Assembly: GCA_032718475.1 (NCBI GenBank)
Contig: JAUCBJ010004144.1
Coordinates: forward strand, 62,001-126,000
Length of the DNA: 64,000 nt
Reading direction: 5' to 3'
Source: Nemertoderma westbladi
Taxonomy: Eukaryota > Animalia > Xenacoelomorpha
A program made the translations under genes and the position numbers. Below, piece by piece: positions 12,501 to 24,347 of the stretch; positions within the stretch are counted from its first letter, which is position 1; every line of letters begins with the position of its first letter. The notes under the pieces were generated by a model. The model had not been told where the DNA came from and did not search any database. It was given only the letters and a program-made list of their open reading frames with translations.

Positions 12501-14718
12501 GGGCTGGTTTGCCTTCGGTTATCACTTATCACAACTTGTATTAACACTCTTGCACAACTTACTTCTTGCTTAGTTATTTGTTTCTTGTTGAAACTATTTG
12601 TAATTATGTTTGATAAATCTTTGCTAAACTGTAAATACACTGCAAACTCCTGAACATGTTTTTCTTTGGTCCAACTTTGGGACAACCAAACATCGGGAAG
12701 ATGGCAGCCTAGACCGTTAGGCCGTCAGCAACGCAGGGAGAAGATGTTCACAACACGCTAGCGCCCACATTAGATTAGACCGCGCACCCCCTTCGCCCTA
12801 CGAAATACTCCACTTGCCATGCAGCGCCCGACTTCCGAGGAAGGTAAGACTTTGTTCGACGCCGTTGCCGGAGGTTTTATTAATATCCTACCGCGCCTTG
12901 CCACGTACTGATAGGTATTTGCTGCTAACTACCACGGCAACAAAGTTCTAGAATCAAATTTGTATACCAGATCAGCTAACGTACGGTAGCGATTAACCCC
13001 TATTTCTTATCTTACAACTAGAATCTGGTATTAGTGCCGATCACGGGTGTAGTTACTAACACCGTGGTTGCCCAGTGAGTTGTGGATAGGAAGGAGAGAG
13101 CTTTGACGTCATTTGTAAGTATAAAGTTCTACAAAACGCGACTAGCTTATTTTAGTAGCTAGCGCACGGTATTGTTTTGGTCAGATAATTACTAAAACCT
13201 AGTAAAATGGTATACACAAAAATTGTTTTATTGTAACACACCCACACAGACACGCCCTAAAACATATTTACACTTAGAGTTCTACTAGTTATAGCGCACT
13301 TTAGATTACTTTTAGGCAGAATTTATCTGTAATTTACTATTCGTATTTGTAGAATTAGGATCTGATAGTTAGTTATAGCAAAAAGGGAGTATTTCATTTT
13401 CGTTATTAAACTGTTGTTTTCTGCTCAGCAGTATTGTTACATTAGGCACGACCCTCTTTAGAGTGATTTAGGACTGAATCAGTATTGTTACGCTAGGGCC
13501 GTAAACCACCTAGCTCGTATATAAACCATATAAATCACACCGCGGCAAGTTACTGTATTTAGGACTGTCAGCGATAGTTAGGATTCGCTGCGCGGGGATT
13601 GTTTTCCCGTGAGTTTGGTCTGTTACTGTAACTGTACATCTGCCATACCGGTTAGAGGACAGGTATCCTTTTGTCTAGTTCGTGGGCATTAGACCCGCTC
13701 ACGTACATAGAATAGACACCAGGCTCTGCTCCTCGCCAGTAGTTGTTTGTGTATTGTATCTGTTTGTTTAGATATCCTGGACTGGGATTTGTTGTCAGAT
13801 ACTGTACGAGCCCGTTTCATTACTAGAGTCTCACAGTAAGATACATCGTTACTAGGATCTGGTAAGCGGTATACTACTGGACTTTACGGTTAGAGATATT
13901 CTATTGCTTCGTATTAGTAGATTTGTAGGCCGTAGGATAGTCCCTACCGTAGAGGACACAACAGTGAGGTATATTTTATTAAATATCTCGACCGAAAGTG
14001 CTTGCGCATTTTAAGGTGAGATATATATAAATATATAGTTTAGCTATTGAAAAGTAGGAGATATTTAAAAATTAAAATTAGTAAAATTAGTAATTTGTAG
14101 AACGTCCCCTGCTTCAGTAGGCTTTTAGGGTAGCTAGTAGTTTCGTATTTAATATTTGACTAGCTAATATTTAGTTTGTAGCAATTTGTTTTACGCCGTG
14201 TGTGTGCGGTGTTACTTTTCGGTACTTGAAAAGGTACATAGGGTTTAAAGATCAAGTTGTATCGGTACCTAGGAAGATTTTTTGTAGAGTAGAAGTAAAA
14301 CTCTCACCTTCGACTTTTCAGGACTTAAAGGAATCATTTCTGGACCGCTTCGAGGATTAGACCGCTTTTCGCAAAGTTTGTGAGACACAAAATTCGTCGG
14401 CGCCGCCGAAAAACGGAACGACCCACGTCCGGTTTGTATTTGGGAATTTGCACGACTGGAAGATCAAAGGAGCGTAAGTTTTACGACTCGTGTCGTTCAA
14501 ACTTAAAAGCACAGTAGTACTCAAAATTTGTGGGTTTCACTGTCTAATTAGTAGTGTTGTTGGTACTTATTTTCCCGTTAGACGTTGCTGTTTTGCCTAT
14601 TATTTGTACTTGTTGATCTACATTTTGGTAATGTATACCGTTATCTCACGTATTCGTACAAATTTAGCTGGTAGGCTAGATTATTACATATTTTATTATA
14701 TACTTTGTTAGTTTTTTT

Positions 14719-14900
14719 TGTACCGGTTAGGGTATATATATGATATATATATATATCAAGGTAAGTTTGACATTTCGACATTTTGACATTCTGACTTTGT
14801 TGATTTTATTTGTACCGGTTAGGGTATATATATGCTATATATAAACCAAGGTAAGTTTGACATTTCGACATTCCTGCATTCTGATACTTTGACATTTTAT
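14719..14900 (+). repeat. ~92-bp direct duplication in the element A leader; each copy has an (AT)n run and CAAG/GTAAGT
   Basis: TGTACCGGTTAGGGTATATATATG...CAAGGTAAGTTTGACATTTCGACATT at 14719 and 14811. Confidence 0.85.
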
Positions 14901-14928
14901 TACCCGTACTTGACGTATATAATAAGAC

Positions 14929-17705
14929 ATGAGTGATACACCACATTCGACTCGATACCCACCTACCGACTATGACTCGTGCGACCCGGACAGATCGACA
15001 GTAGACGAACCGAGAAGGAGAACCCGAGATTCCACCGATGTCACACCGCGTGCGTCGCCGGTACCCCGAACGGAAATACCGGAAGCCGCAACGCGAGGCG
15101 ACGCCAGAATCGAAGATTTCCTTACCGTCCCGCTGACCAGATCGCGGGAGCCGGACATGGTAAGTTTGACTGGAAGCCAGGAGAATGTCATTAGAAGTAT
15201 AGGAGGATACATGGCCCAGATTACTCGAAACTTCGGAGAAGTTTTTCGCGTTTTACGCGAGTTAACCGCCCTGATGTCGAGATACGAGTTCTACACCTTA
15301 CAGGTAAGGATAGAAAGTAGGGTACATGCCTCCATAGATAAACTGAAAGGCTTACACAAACTTGCAGAGTTGCGTGGCGACAACTTTACTCAGGTAAAGA
15401 TAATAGATAAGTTGGTAAGTGCGAGAGAAAGCCTTATCCAGTTTAAGTCAGTAATAAGATTGGCTCAACAGGAGCAATTTGAGTCAGTTTCGGACGCATT
15501 ATTACAACCCGAAGAGGAAGAAGAACTATACTGCCTGGACGGGAGGTTAGAGACGCTCACCAATTTTCTTCGTAGATGCGGCGTACCGATTGAAGAACCG
15601 GAAGTTGTACCGAGAGGGACGACGGAAGTTCTATCTACGGAAGGCTCGCGAGCCTACCAAATTCCACCAATGGATAGATCATTCGTTAGTGTACGGAGCG
15701 ACGTTGGCGACGCTAGTAGGACAGCGTCTGTAATTACTCGATAACAACAGGAGGTCGTACGCCGACAACAAGTTGCTGAGGAAGAAACGCAACAGGAGTT
15801 GGCACAGATTGCGGCTGAAGGAGAAAGACAGCGTAGAGACGATGTAGCGAACTTTGCAAAACTCCAGGCTCAAGCCGAATTTGAAGCTTCAGAAATGCGG
15901 AGACTGGAAGAGGACTTAGCGCGAGAAGCGGCCACAGCGGCAGCAGCTGACGAGTTAGCATGACTGGCAGCAGCAGCCGATGAGTTAGCACGACGGGCAG
16001 CAGCAGCCGACGAGTTAGCACAACGGGCAGCAGCAGCTGACGAGTTAGCACGAGTTGCGGCGGTAAACGCAGCTGAGTTAGCACGGAAGAAAGCAGCATC
16101 CGAGCTCGTGCCAAGTTGGAGGCGCGACAAATAAACGCTCGTTTAGCTATACAGGAAGCGGAACAAACGGCGCAACAACAGATAGCAGATCGACGCGAAA
16201 GGGAGATGCAGCTCCAGTTCGAACTAAATCGTAGATCGTGCGAGGCAGCGAATGCGCAAGAGGACCTCGAACTCAACGCGAGAGATAAATCTATAAGGTC
16301 TCGAGCTGGACATGACTTGTCTGCCCTGGATCGCATGGAGACTTGATATCGCGGAATTCAGAAGCGAATCGAGGAAGGAAGTGTAGGAGTGATAGATCGA
16401 GGAGAGGAGTTCGTCGAGGATTACTGTAAATGTTTTCCCCAAGTTATTCCTATGCTCAAACCCACGACTCCAGTAAAACCGGTTATGGTTGCAAAACCAA
16501 AGGAAATATCACCTGTGCAAGGTAATAGGTTTGTTATGTCGGAATCAATTCCGTAGCCACGAGCGACTTCATCGCCGATTCTCGCAGGTAAGATAAGTAG
16601 TCCACCTACTGTAAGCCGTAGTTTACTAGTAGAGAGAGACGAACCTGCTTTTTTGATGGTAAAACAGGTGAGTAAACCATTACAAGTTAAACCTGTGACG
16701 TGCTGCGCGATCCCAGTCATTTATAAACCTACAGTAGCACTTAACTCCAATGTTTTTACTAGACCTCTCACCCAATGCGTATCGAGACCTACGACTTCGT
16801 GGAAGGCTTGCGAGCCTACCAAACAACAGAGAGCCGTAGATCCCAGACCACAACGAACTAGACCAAGAATAATACGCCGGACGCGAACCCGCCAACCACC
16901 TTATCCGGACGACAGCGACTCATCCAGTGACTCGGAGTCGATGGAACGGGAAATATTCCGTACTGGAGCGGATTACAAACGAGAGGAGAGATCAACGAAC
17001 CCCTACATCGACAATCCTCCACGAGAAACACCCCAACAGAAACACACGTTGCAACCAGCGGAAGCGATCAGCACCAACAGACTTGCCGAAATAATGCGAT
17101 CTGTAACGGATCGACTAGCTCAGATAGAAGAGCGACTCGAAAAGCAACCGTCGGATCGATCACGAACCAGTGTGGAGTTAGAACAACCTAGACAACATCA
17201 ACCACCGAGGAGAGAACAGGAGACTAGACAGACTCCGACCCATCGAGAAGAAGATCCCGTTAATAATTCCTACCGACGAACAACGCGCGGAAGAGAACGA
17301 CTGGACTACGCCACCGAACAGGGACGCGGACAGTTGGATTTGGTTAGCGAGATTGCGAAACGGATTACCAGGAACAGCAACCGCCGAAGTTCTCTGGTAA
17401 CGCGAAACACTGGCACACACTGGTAGACTACGTAGAGTCCCAGATCGCTAAGTGTGCTTTCACCTCGACAGAGAAGTTTAATTACTTGCTCCTAGTCCTG
17501 TCTGGTGAGCCGAAAAGATTAGCGGAAACCTGTATTGGTGTTCCAGATGCCTTTGAGTTGGCATACGACCGTTTGTATTCGATTTACGGAGGTAACATCG
17601 CCATGGCAAAATCCATTATCGAAGACCTCTGCAGAGGAGGCAGCATTTCAAAACCGATCGACCTTCTACGACTCGCGGACGAAATTAAGAACGCTATAGT
17701 GTGCC
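14929..17705 (+). pseudogene. gag: Disrupted gag of BEL/Pao element A (frameshifts and stops; truncated before the zinc knuckles)
   Basis: ORF pieces 14929-15744, 16653-17426 and 17486-17737. The C-terminal piece (FELAYDRLYSIYGGNIAMAKSIIEDLCRGGSISKPIDLLRLA) aligns by eye with element C gag (FELAMKTLSDIYGNKTKMAQSIVEDLGKGGRITTPLELLNLA). Confidence 0.85.
15940..16085 (+). repeat. 30-bp coding minisatellite (AAADELARRA-type helical repeat) in element A gag
   Basis: GCAGCAGCYGAYGAGTTAGCA recurs with a 30-bp period about five times; one copy carries a TGA. Confidence 0.85.
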
Positions 17706-17890
17706 GGATACTGATCACAATACTATGTATTAGATAGGTTATACAGTATGTTTTAGCTCGTATAGGTCGTGCCACCGGAAGTGACACGATGCTCGGGCTG
17801 ATTCAGGTTTTGTGATAGCAGCTATCTGAGGATAGTATAACAGGCTATCTATTGGCATTGCTTTTTTACCGCACCTGCTACATTTTCCTG

Positions 17891-19070
17891 CGAGCCGTTC
17901 ATCTCCATGGAGGGCGAGTCAATGGTGGCGGTTAGGGAAGAGCAGACGCACGTAGCGAAGTTAGTTGCAGCCTCCTCCTCTGTTGTAGCGAAAGCTAAAA
18001 AGGAGGAGGTTTATGACAAATTAAGTAGTGAAATGCACAATTTGTGCGGACTAACTACTGAGAAAGGTGCGTCTGCCTGGCTAAATACCAAACCCTTAAC
18101 GTTGCACGACACTCACCTGTCCAAGGAAGAGTTCCGTGACGCAGTTTGTCTCCGGTACGGTTGGTCGCCAAGAAATCTTCCCTCTCGTTGTGTCTGTGGG
18201 TCGCGATTTTCTCCTTCCCACGTTCTGTCGTGTCCCACTGGGGGGTTCCCCTCAATCAGACACAACGAGATCCGCGATTTCGTCGCCGACTCCCTGACTG
18301 AGGTGGCCCACAACGTGGCTGTCGAGCCGATGCTCCAGTCGCTGACGGGGGAGTCCTTCACTCTCCGGTCCACCTCGACGGACCAGCAGGCGAGACTCGA
18401 CGTGTCGGTGAGCGGATTCTGGGGCAACCGCTTCCAGAAGATGTTCATCGACGTGTCAGTGTTCAACCCGCTGGCGGACACCAACGCAGCGATGTCGCTG
18501 GACGCCGCCCACCTCCATCACGAGGCGAGGAAGATCCGGAGATACGAGGAGCGGATCCGTGAGGTTGAGCACTCAACCTTCACCCCCCTCATATTTTCCG
18601 CTTTCGGGGGCATGGCGCCGGCTGCGAAGCAGTTTGTGAAGCGGCTGGCATCGAGGCTGTCGGAGAAACGACAGGTTCCCTACCCGGAGTCGGTAGCGTG
18701 GGTGCGGCGACGCATCAACTTCGCCTTACTCCGGTCGTCCCTGATGTGCCTCCGTGGGTTTCGGTCGGCCGCTAGAAGACCGGTGCGGGCAGTGGTGGCG
18801 GACGCGTCCATTGTGTGGGCGAACGCGGACTCGGACCCCGGGACGGCTTAGAAGTTAGAGGTCTGGCGGGTTTGTTGGGTACTGGCAGTGGCAGAGTGGC
18901 AGACTGGTGATGGGTACTGAACCTATTTGTATTGTTTGTATGGTTGCTAGGTAACAGTTTGAGTCAGCTGGTGGTGGGTTATATTTGTACTTGTTTTTGT
19001 GCGATTTTATATTCGAATTATTGTTTGTTAATATTATAATATATGGAGGCTTTTGAGTAAAAAAAAAAAA
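17891..19070 (+). mobile_element. 5'-truncated non-LTR retrotransposon with restriction-like endonuclease (CRE-like), poly(A) tail and 11-bp TSD
   Basis: TSD ACATTTTCCTG at 17880-17890 and 19071-19081; A-run at 19059-19071; GT-rich 3' UTR. Confidence 0.9.
17907..18851 (+). CDS. C-terminal part of the CRE-like ORF: zinc knuckle plus PD-(D/E)xK restriction-like endonuclease (RT missing)
   Basis: GASAWL, FRDAVCLRYGW, CVCG..HVLSC, RHNEIRD, VEP, ARLDV, FIDVSV, HEARKIRRY, FTPLIFS..GG; uninterrupted over 314 aa. Confidence 0.85.
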   Translation: MEGESMVAVREEQTHVAKLVAASSSVVAKAKKEEVYDKLSSEMHNLCGLTTEKGASAWLNTKPLTLHDTHLSKEEFRDAVCLRYGWSPRNLPSRCVCGSRFSPSHVLSCPTGGFPSIRHNEIRDFVADSLTEVAHNVAVEPMLQSLTGESFTLRSTSTDQQARLDVSVSGFWGNRFQKMFIDVSVFNPLADTNAAMSLDAAHLHHEARKIRRYEERIREVEHSTFTPLIFSAFGGMAPAAKQFVKRLASRLSEKRQVPYPESVAWVRRRINFALLRSSLMCLRGFRSAARRPVRAVVADASIVWANADSDPGTA

Positions 19071-19549
19071 ACATTTTCCTGTTCAGTCAGTAGGTGAGCC
19101 TACCGACCGGTAGACTCACTGACAACTGTGCAACATTTATAGCTAGGCTTTGCCTTAGCTTACAGTCTTATGCTAAGGGCCTATTTACCCGTAGGTCCGA
19201 CTGACCGGCTTCTGTTTGCATAGTGCAGCAGTGGTTGGATGTGTGTGTCTGACATTTTGTCAGACACGAACTTTATCTGTGAGTTCGCTTGTAGAATATA
19301 CCGTATGGTATATTTATATTTCTGTATTCGTGCCTTGTCTGTCATTATATTATACGACCTGAGACCGCAGTAGTTTACAGGAGTTTTTTCATATTAGATG
19401 GAGTCAGTAGCCTCAGCCTGACAGTCCCCGTAGCTAGCGCGTCTTTATCCATACTTCACCCCTAGCAATTGCCATCCTTTACCAATCCGCCAATAGGACT
19501 AAACTTTAAGTAGTACCGAGTTTTCGGTTGTTTAAATTAAATTGTCAGA

Positions 19550-21007
19550 TTGTTTATTGTTTACTTGTTGCAATACCAGAATACCGGTACTAAACTGTCA
19601 GCTCCAGGTGCCGAGAGCAGTAGTAGCACAAGTTCTGTTACAACAAACTCGGTGCTAGCGATGCAGCCCCTTGATGAATCCCAGCCTCCTTCCCAAGGGG
19701 ATATTGTCGGGTTGGATGGACTGGATATCCCTTCATTAAGATATAAACTACGTGCACATAAGGGTAAGTTTACCAAAATATATAGTGAATTTATGGAATG
19801 TCACCAACGAATTACCGTAGAGCAGTGCAAAATACGGCTATTTACAGCCAAGCAAACATTGCATGATATTAATTGTATATGGTCAGCCTTACTTGTAAAA
19901 TTTCAATTGCAAGGAAATGAGGACCAACATGCAATTTCGAAAGTGGAACGCGCAGAATATCATGAGATGCAGTGTGCCAAATTACGCGAAATATATAGCC
20001 TTTTACAGGGATCAATAATTCCTGTACCGGTATTAGGAGACACACCTAGTCCCGTTCATATCGATGAGACACCATATTATAATGATACAGTCGAACAAGT
20101 CAGTCAGGGTGATTCAAGTAGACAGGGACACACATTTACCGCGAGTACACCTGCCAATTTAAATGATATGGATACATTGGTGGACATATCAACAGGGGCA
20201 GGCGCAGGGGGCATTAGTGAAGAGACACCAGTTTATCCCATTGCTGTAGACATTTCTGCAGCAGTGTATTCACTGAATAAAGGCCCATTGATACCTGATA
20301 GTGGTAGTGAACCAGTTAAATCACCCATAGATGCTGGTGTCGTTTGTACTGAAATGGTGACAGGGTCTAGGGCTGTACCAAATGACATTACTTCCAGAAA
20401 TGTTACTGGTAGTGATACTAGTTCACAAATCAAACCATCGGATTCGGTTTCACAACATAGTTCACAGCTTTCTGAGAAATCTAAATCATTAAGGGCTCTC
20501 AGGAGGCATCAAAGGGCTTTGCTCTAATCCTTGTGTAGTCACATTTCAGCAAGATGGTGGTGACTTATCCTCTGTTGGTCCCATTAGACAGGAGGACACC
20601 TACAAGCCTATAAACCCTAGGCCTAGGCCACTATCTCCTGTTGTTTCTATTCTACACAACCAACCATTTAATTCGACTCAAAATCGTAATGACATGTCAG
20701 TTGAAGTTGATATGCAGGATTCTAGTCCTGAATATTAATTGACTATGCCAACTGTCTCACTGATACTCACTTTGTTATTACCTGCTCTACACAGGTTACA
20801 CCTACTGAAATTGTCACTGCATTGCCCCCTGGCCCCATGACACGGTCTTTCGACAACAGGGATATCTCTGAATCCCAATATAGTGGCAATCCACGATATA
20901 TTCACTATACACATATAAACAATGACGGTGATGATTATACCCACACAAATATAGATAATGTAAATACAGTTGTGCCGAGCTATAATCCAAGCACTACAAT
21001 TTCAAAT
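19550..21007 (+). pseudogene. gag: Element B gag, N-terminal part (disrupted; likely start at the ATG near 19661)
   Basis: ORF 19550-20527 contains LRYKLRAHKGKFTKIY, resembling element C KKKLHAHAGHITR. It continues in broken frames up to the Gypsy insertion. Confidence 0.7.
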
Positions 21008-21394
21008 TGTTAAGATAACAGGTACAGTACTGAAGTAGGGTATCTAAAAGTCTGTCTTTCTCACATTCCTACATTCCGCATTATATTCAACTAAAGAACA
21101 TAATCTCAAATCAAATCTCCCTCCACACACAAATAAGGCTAAAGTAATTCACAACAACTAATTCACTACGTTACATACCCCCTTCACCAGAAACATGAAT
21201 AATTTTACAATCTCGAATATTTATGGATCTACCGTCAGCTAAAAGTACTACTTGCTCAAATGGCCTCCCTGCAACTACTCCTGGATTTGAAAATCTTGGA
21301 CTCAGTTTATTGCAAATTCCTCTAGTTCGCACTAAGACCTGATCTCCTATATGGGGTTTTGCTGTAACTTGTTTATCCTCAGAGGGCCAATCAG

Positions 21395-23466
21395 TTAATG
21401 GTGGTCGTACACCGCTTCCTGAAGTTTATCGAGCCAAGGTCCACCCATACATCTCAAGCGATCATTCAATGTCTGATGCACCCTCTCACAAATCGCATTC
21501 CCCTGGGGATGATATGATGTTGTTTTTCGTCTGGAAATGTCATGTTTAGAAACAATATTCTTAAATATTTCAGCCAAAAAATTCGAACCCCGATCAGAAA
21601 GTAAAACGCGCGGTGGGCCCCAATGAAAATCCCAGTTGTCGAGAAAGGCTTTGGCGACAGTTGATGCATCAGTTTTAATGAGAGGAGTCGCAACTAAGAA
21701 TCGTGTTGCATGATCTATTATGGTTAGTACATGAGTATAACCCGAACGCTGTGTTGGTAATGGACCCACTATATCAATAGCAGCAAATTCAAACGGCAAT
21801 AGCGCTGGTCCGGTTGGTAATGTTAAAGTTACCGGATGAAATTGCCGATAACCTTTTTGTGAAGCACAAGTGCGGCAGTTTTCAACAGCCGAATGTACTC
21901 GTTTCCAAAGATTTTTGCACCATAAACCACCTGTAAGGATACTCAGTCTTGTCTTTTTGACACTAAAGTGCCCTGAACTATGATATTTACCAATAATATT
22001 ATTAATCTCATTTTCTGGAATTACTACTCGTCTAAAATAATATAAAATACCATCTGTAATAGTATAATTTGGAGGTATTTGTTTGGAATCTATCAAAGTT
22101 TTAATATATTTATCTTCAGATTGCCTTTTGACCCAATTGGAATTCAGATAAATGCTAATTGTTGCACAAAATCTCATTTTCTGGAATTACTACTCGTCCA
22201 AAATAATATAAAATACCATCTGTAATAGTATAATTTGGAGGTATTTGTTTGGAATCTATCAAAGTTTTAATATCTTTATCTTCAGATTGCCTTTTGACCC
22301 AATTGGAATTCAGACAAATGCTAATTGCTGCACATTGAGCTTTATCTGATGGGATATATTCGGGTGCTGTTGCATTTAAATTGAGATCAAAATACGAGCG
22401 GCTAAGTGCATCAGCTACAGTATTATCTTCACCCTTCCGATATATAATTTCAAAATCATATCGGCTTAGAGTTTCCCTCCAACGTGCTTGTCTGTCACTG
22501 TAACAATTACTCCCCCTAAATACAAGAGCTATTAAGGGCTTGTGATCAGTTATTAATTTAAATGGTCTTCCATGCAGGTATGTATGAAATTTATGCATGG
22601 CCCATTTCAAAGCCAAAAATTCCCTATCTGTTGTCGATTATATCCGCTATGCGTGGTAAAGGATATTGGTCATGGTCAATGAGTTCATTAAGTTTTGAAT
22701 AGTTCACACAAAATCTCTTTTTTCCTCCTGGCTTAGGAGCCAACAGGGCTGGGAAAGCCCATGGTGATTTACTAGGCTCTATCACTTTCATATCCAACAT
22801 TGTTGTGACATGTTCCATGATTTCTTTCTCCTCAACTGCACTCCGCCTATAAGCACGTTGAAATTTTGGAGCATGATCTCTAGTCTCAAAATTAAGTTCG
22901 GCATGTTTATAACATCCTATATCTTCTGGAGAATTACTAAAGGCATCAGAGTATTTCCACAGTAATTGTGAAAGTCTACGTCTTTCATTCTCATTCCAAT
23001 GAGCCGGTAGGCTGAACTGAGATAAAAAGTCTTCTTTTGAAAGTTCCTTTTTAATTGAAGCAGTTTCTGCAGGTAAACTAATTCGGGATAACCCAAAGTC
23101 GATAATTGCTCCACATTTATACAATATATCTCTGCCAATAATAACACCGAAACGATTTGAATCAATAATACCGAACCAGTGATTACAAAGTTTCCCACCA
23201 AGTTTAAATTCCAGCATTGCATATCCTAATATTTGAAATGGATTTCCAACCAATGCCCTAAGTGTTCTATCTCCACTGCGAGTTTCTGTTGTAAATGATA
23301 ACAATTGGTCATCATTCGGAATTAAACTAATTTCTGAACCTGAGTCAATTAAAGCAGTTTTATGTTTACTCATACCACCTTTAACAAACTCAACAGAAAC
23401 TGAACTGACTGTCAGGGAACTACTGGACTGCGTTAGTTTGTACCTGACAGCCCCGACGAGTTTTTT
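21395..23466 (-). pseudogene. pol: Gypsy pol remnant: protease, RT N-terminus, RNase H C-terminus, integrase
   Basis: ALIDSGS; SPWAFP..RFCVNY..YPLPRI joined directly to EFLALKWA..TDHKPL..ADALSR (YxDD region deleted); integrase with HHCC, IDIVGP, SDRG and ERVHQ. A 166-bp tandem duplication (22004-22335) causes a frameshift. Confidence 0.92.
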
Positions 23467-24148
23467 GACTTCACACAGTATCGAGAAATATGCCCACGTT
23501 GCCCACATGTGTAGCAAGTTAAATCCTTCCAACAGCGTTCAACAGTATGCCCAACTTTATTGCATGTTGAACATTTGAGTTTCATTCTTGATTCACTCCT
23601 ATCGGTTGAAAAGTTCCTTCGACCGGTAATTCCTGCTGCAAACACGGGAGTTTCCTCGGGATCCGGAAGTTGTTGGATGAACTCAGCAACATCGCGCGAA
23701 GTTGCCTCCGGATTAGTCACCCTCCATGCAAAAACCGTGGCTTCAATACTCGTCGGTACGCTGTCAACTAAATGCTGAACAACCGCATCGTCCCCGAGCG
23801 AAAGATAGTACGATAGAAATTTCAAAGTAATTAAACCTTTCTGGACTTCAGAGGGTTTCTCTAATTTAAACTTCGAGAAATCAACACTGGGCGATACCGG
23901 TTTCTTGCACTTATACCATTCCTTTTCCAGTGTTTCGATTACAGTTTCAAAAGTGGAACGTTTATCAACGAGTTTGTACTCCATAGTGATAAGCAAATCT
24001 TCGGATACAAATTGTAGAAGCCATGTTAGTTTAGTTTCACCATCCTTGGAATCAATATTTTTACGGGAATAGTAGGCTTCTAATTGTCTCTTCCACGCGT
24101 TAAAAGATTGGAATCCACACTAAGATATGGTAAACTACCCGGCGACAT
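23433..24148 (-). pseudogene. gag: Gypsy gag with two CCHC zinc knuckles (5' part frameshifted)
   Basis: CSTCNKVGHTVERC and CYTCGQRGHISRYC; ATG at 24148 shortly after the PBS. Confidence 0.85.
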
Positions 24149-24347
24149 TATAAACTGTTATATTTACACACTGCGCCAATGTTAAGATAACAGGTACAGT
24201 ACTGAAGTAGGGTATCTAAAAGTCTGTCTTTCTCACATTCCTACATTCCACATTATATTCAACTAAAGAACATAATCTCAAATCAAATCTCCCTCCATAC
24301 ACAAATAAGGCTAAAGTAATTCACAACAACTAATTCACTACGTTACA

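Larger units (their letters stand above)
12100..12695 (+). mobile_element. Probable 5' LTR of BEL/Pao element A (3' boundary uncertain; no second copy in the window)
   Basis: Starts with TGATG exactly at the satellite break. CATCG at 12691-12695 is one mismatch from the expected inverted CATCA. Contains three CCAAT boxes and a TATA box, and lies upstream of a long leader and a BEL-type gag. Confidence 0.6.
21008..24347 (-). mobile_element. Small, internally deleted Ty3/Gypsy LTR retrotransposon (3340 bp) with 168-bp LTRs and 5-bp TSD
   Basis: LTRs TGTTAAG...GTTACA at 21008-21175 and 24180-24347 with 2 mismatches. TSD CAAAT at 21003-21007 and 24348-24352. Minus-strand PBS TGGCGCAG next to 24179; PPT GGTGAAGGGGGTA next to 21176. 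Domain order gag-PR-RT-RH-IN. Confidence 0.97.

Noticed and set aside
15734-16336. Antisense ORFs over gag/pol (for example 200 aa here and 216 aa at 43202-43852)
   Set aside because: Shadow frames of repetitive, GC-richer coding sequence with no independent features.
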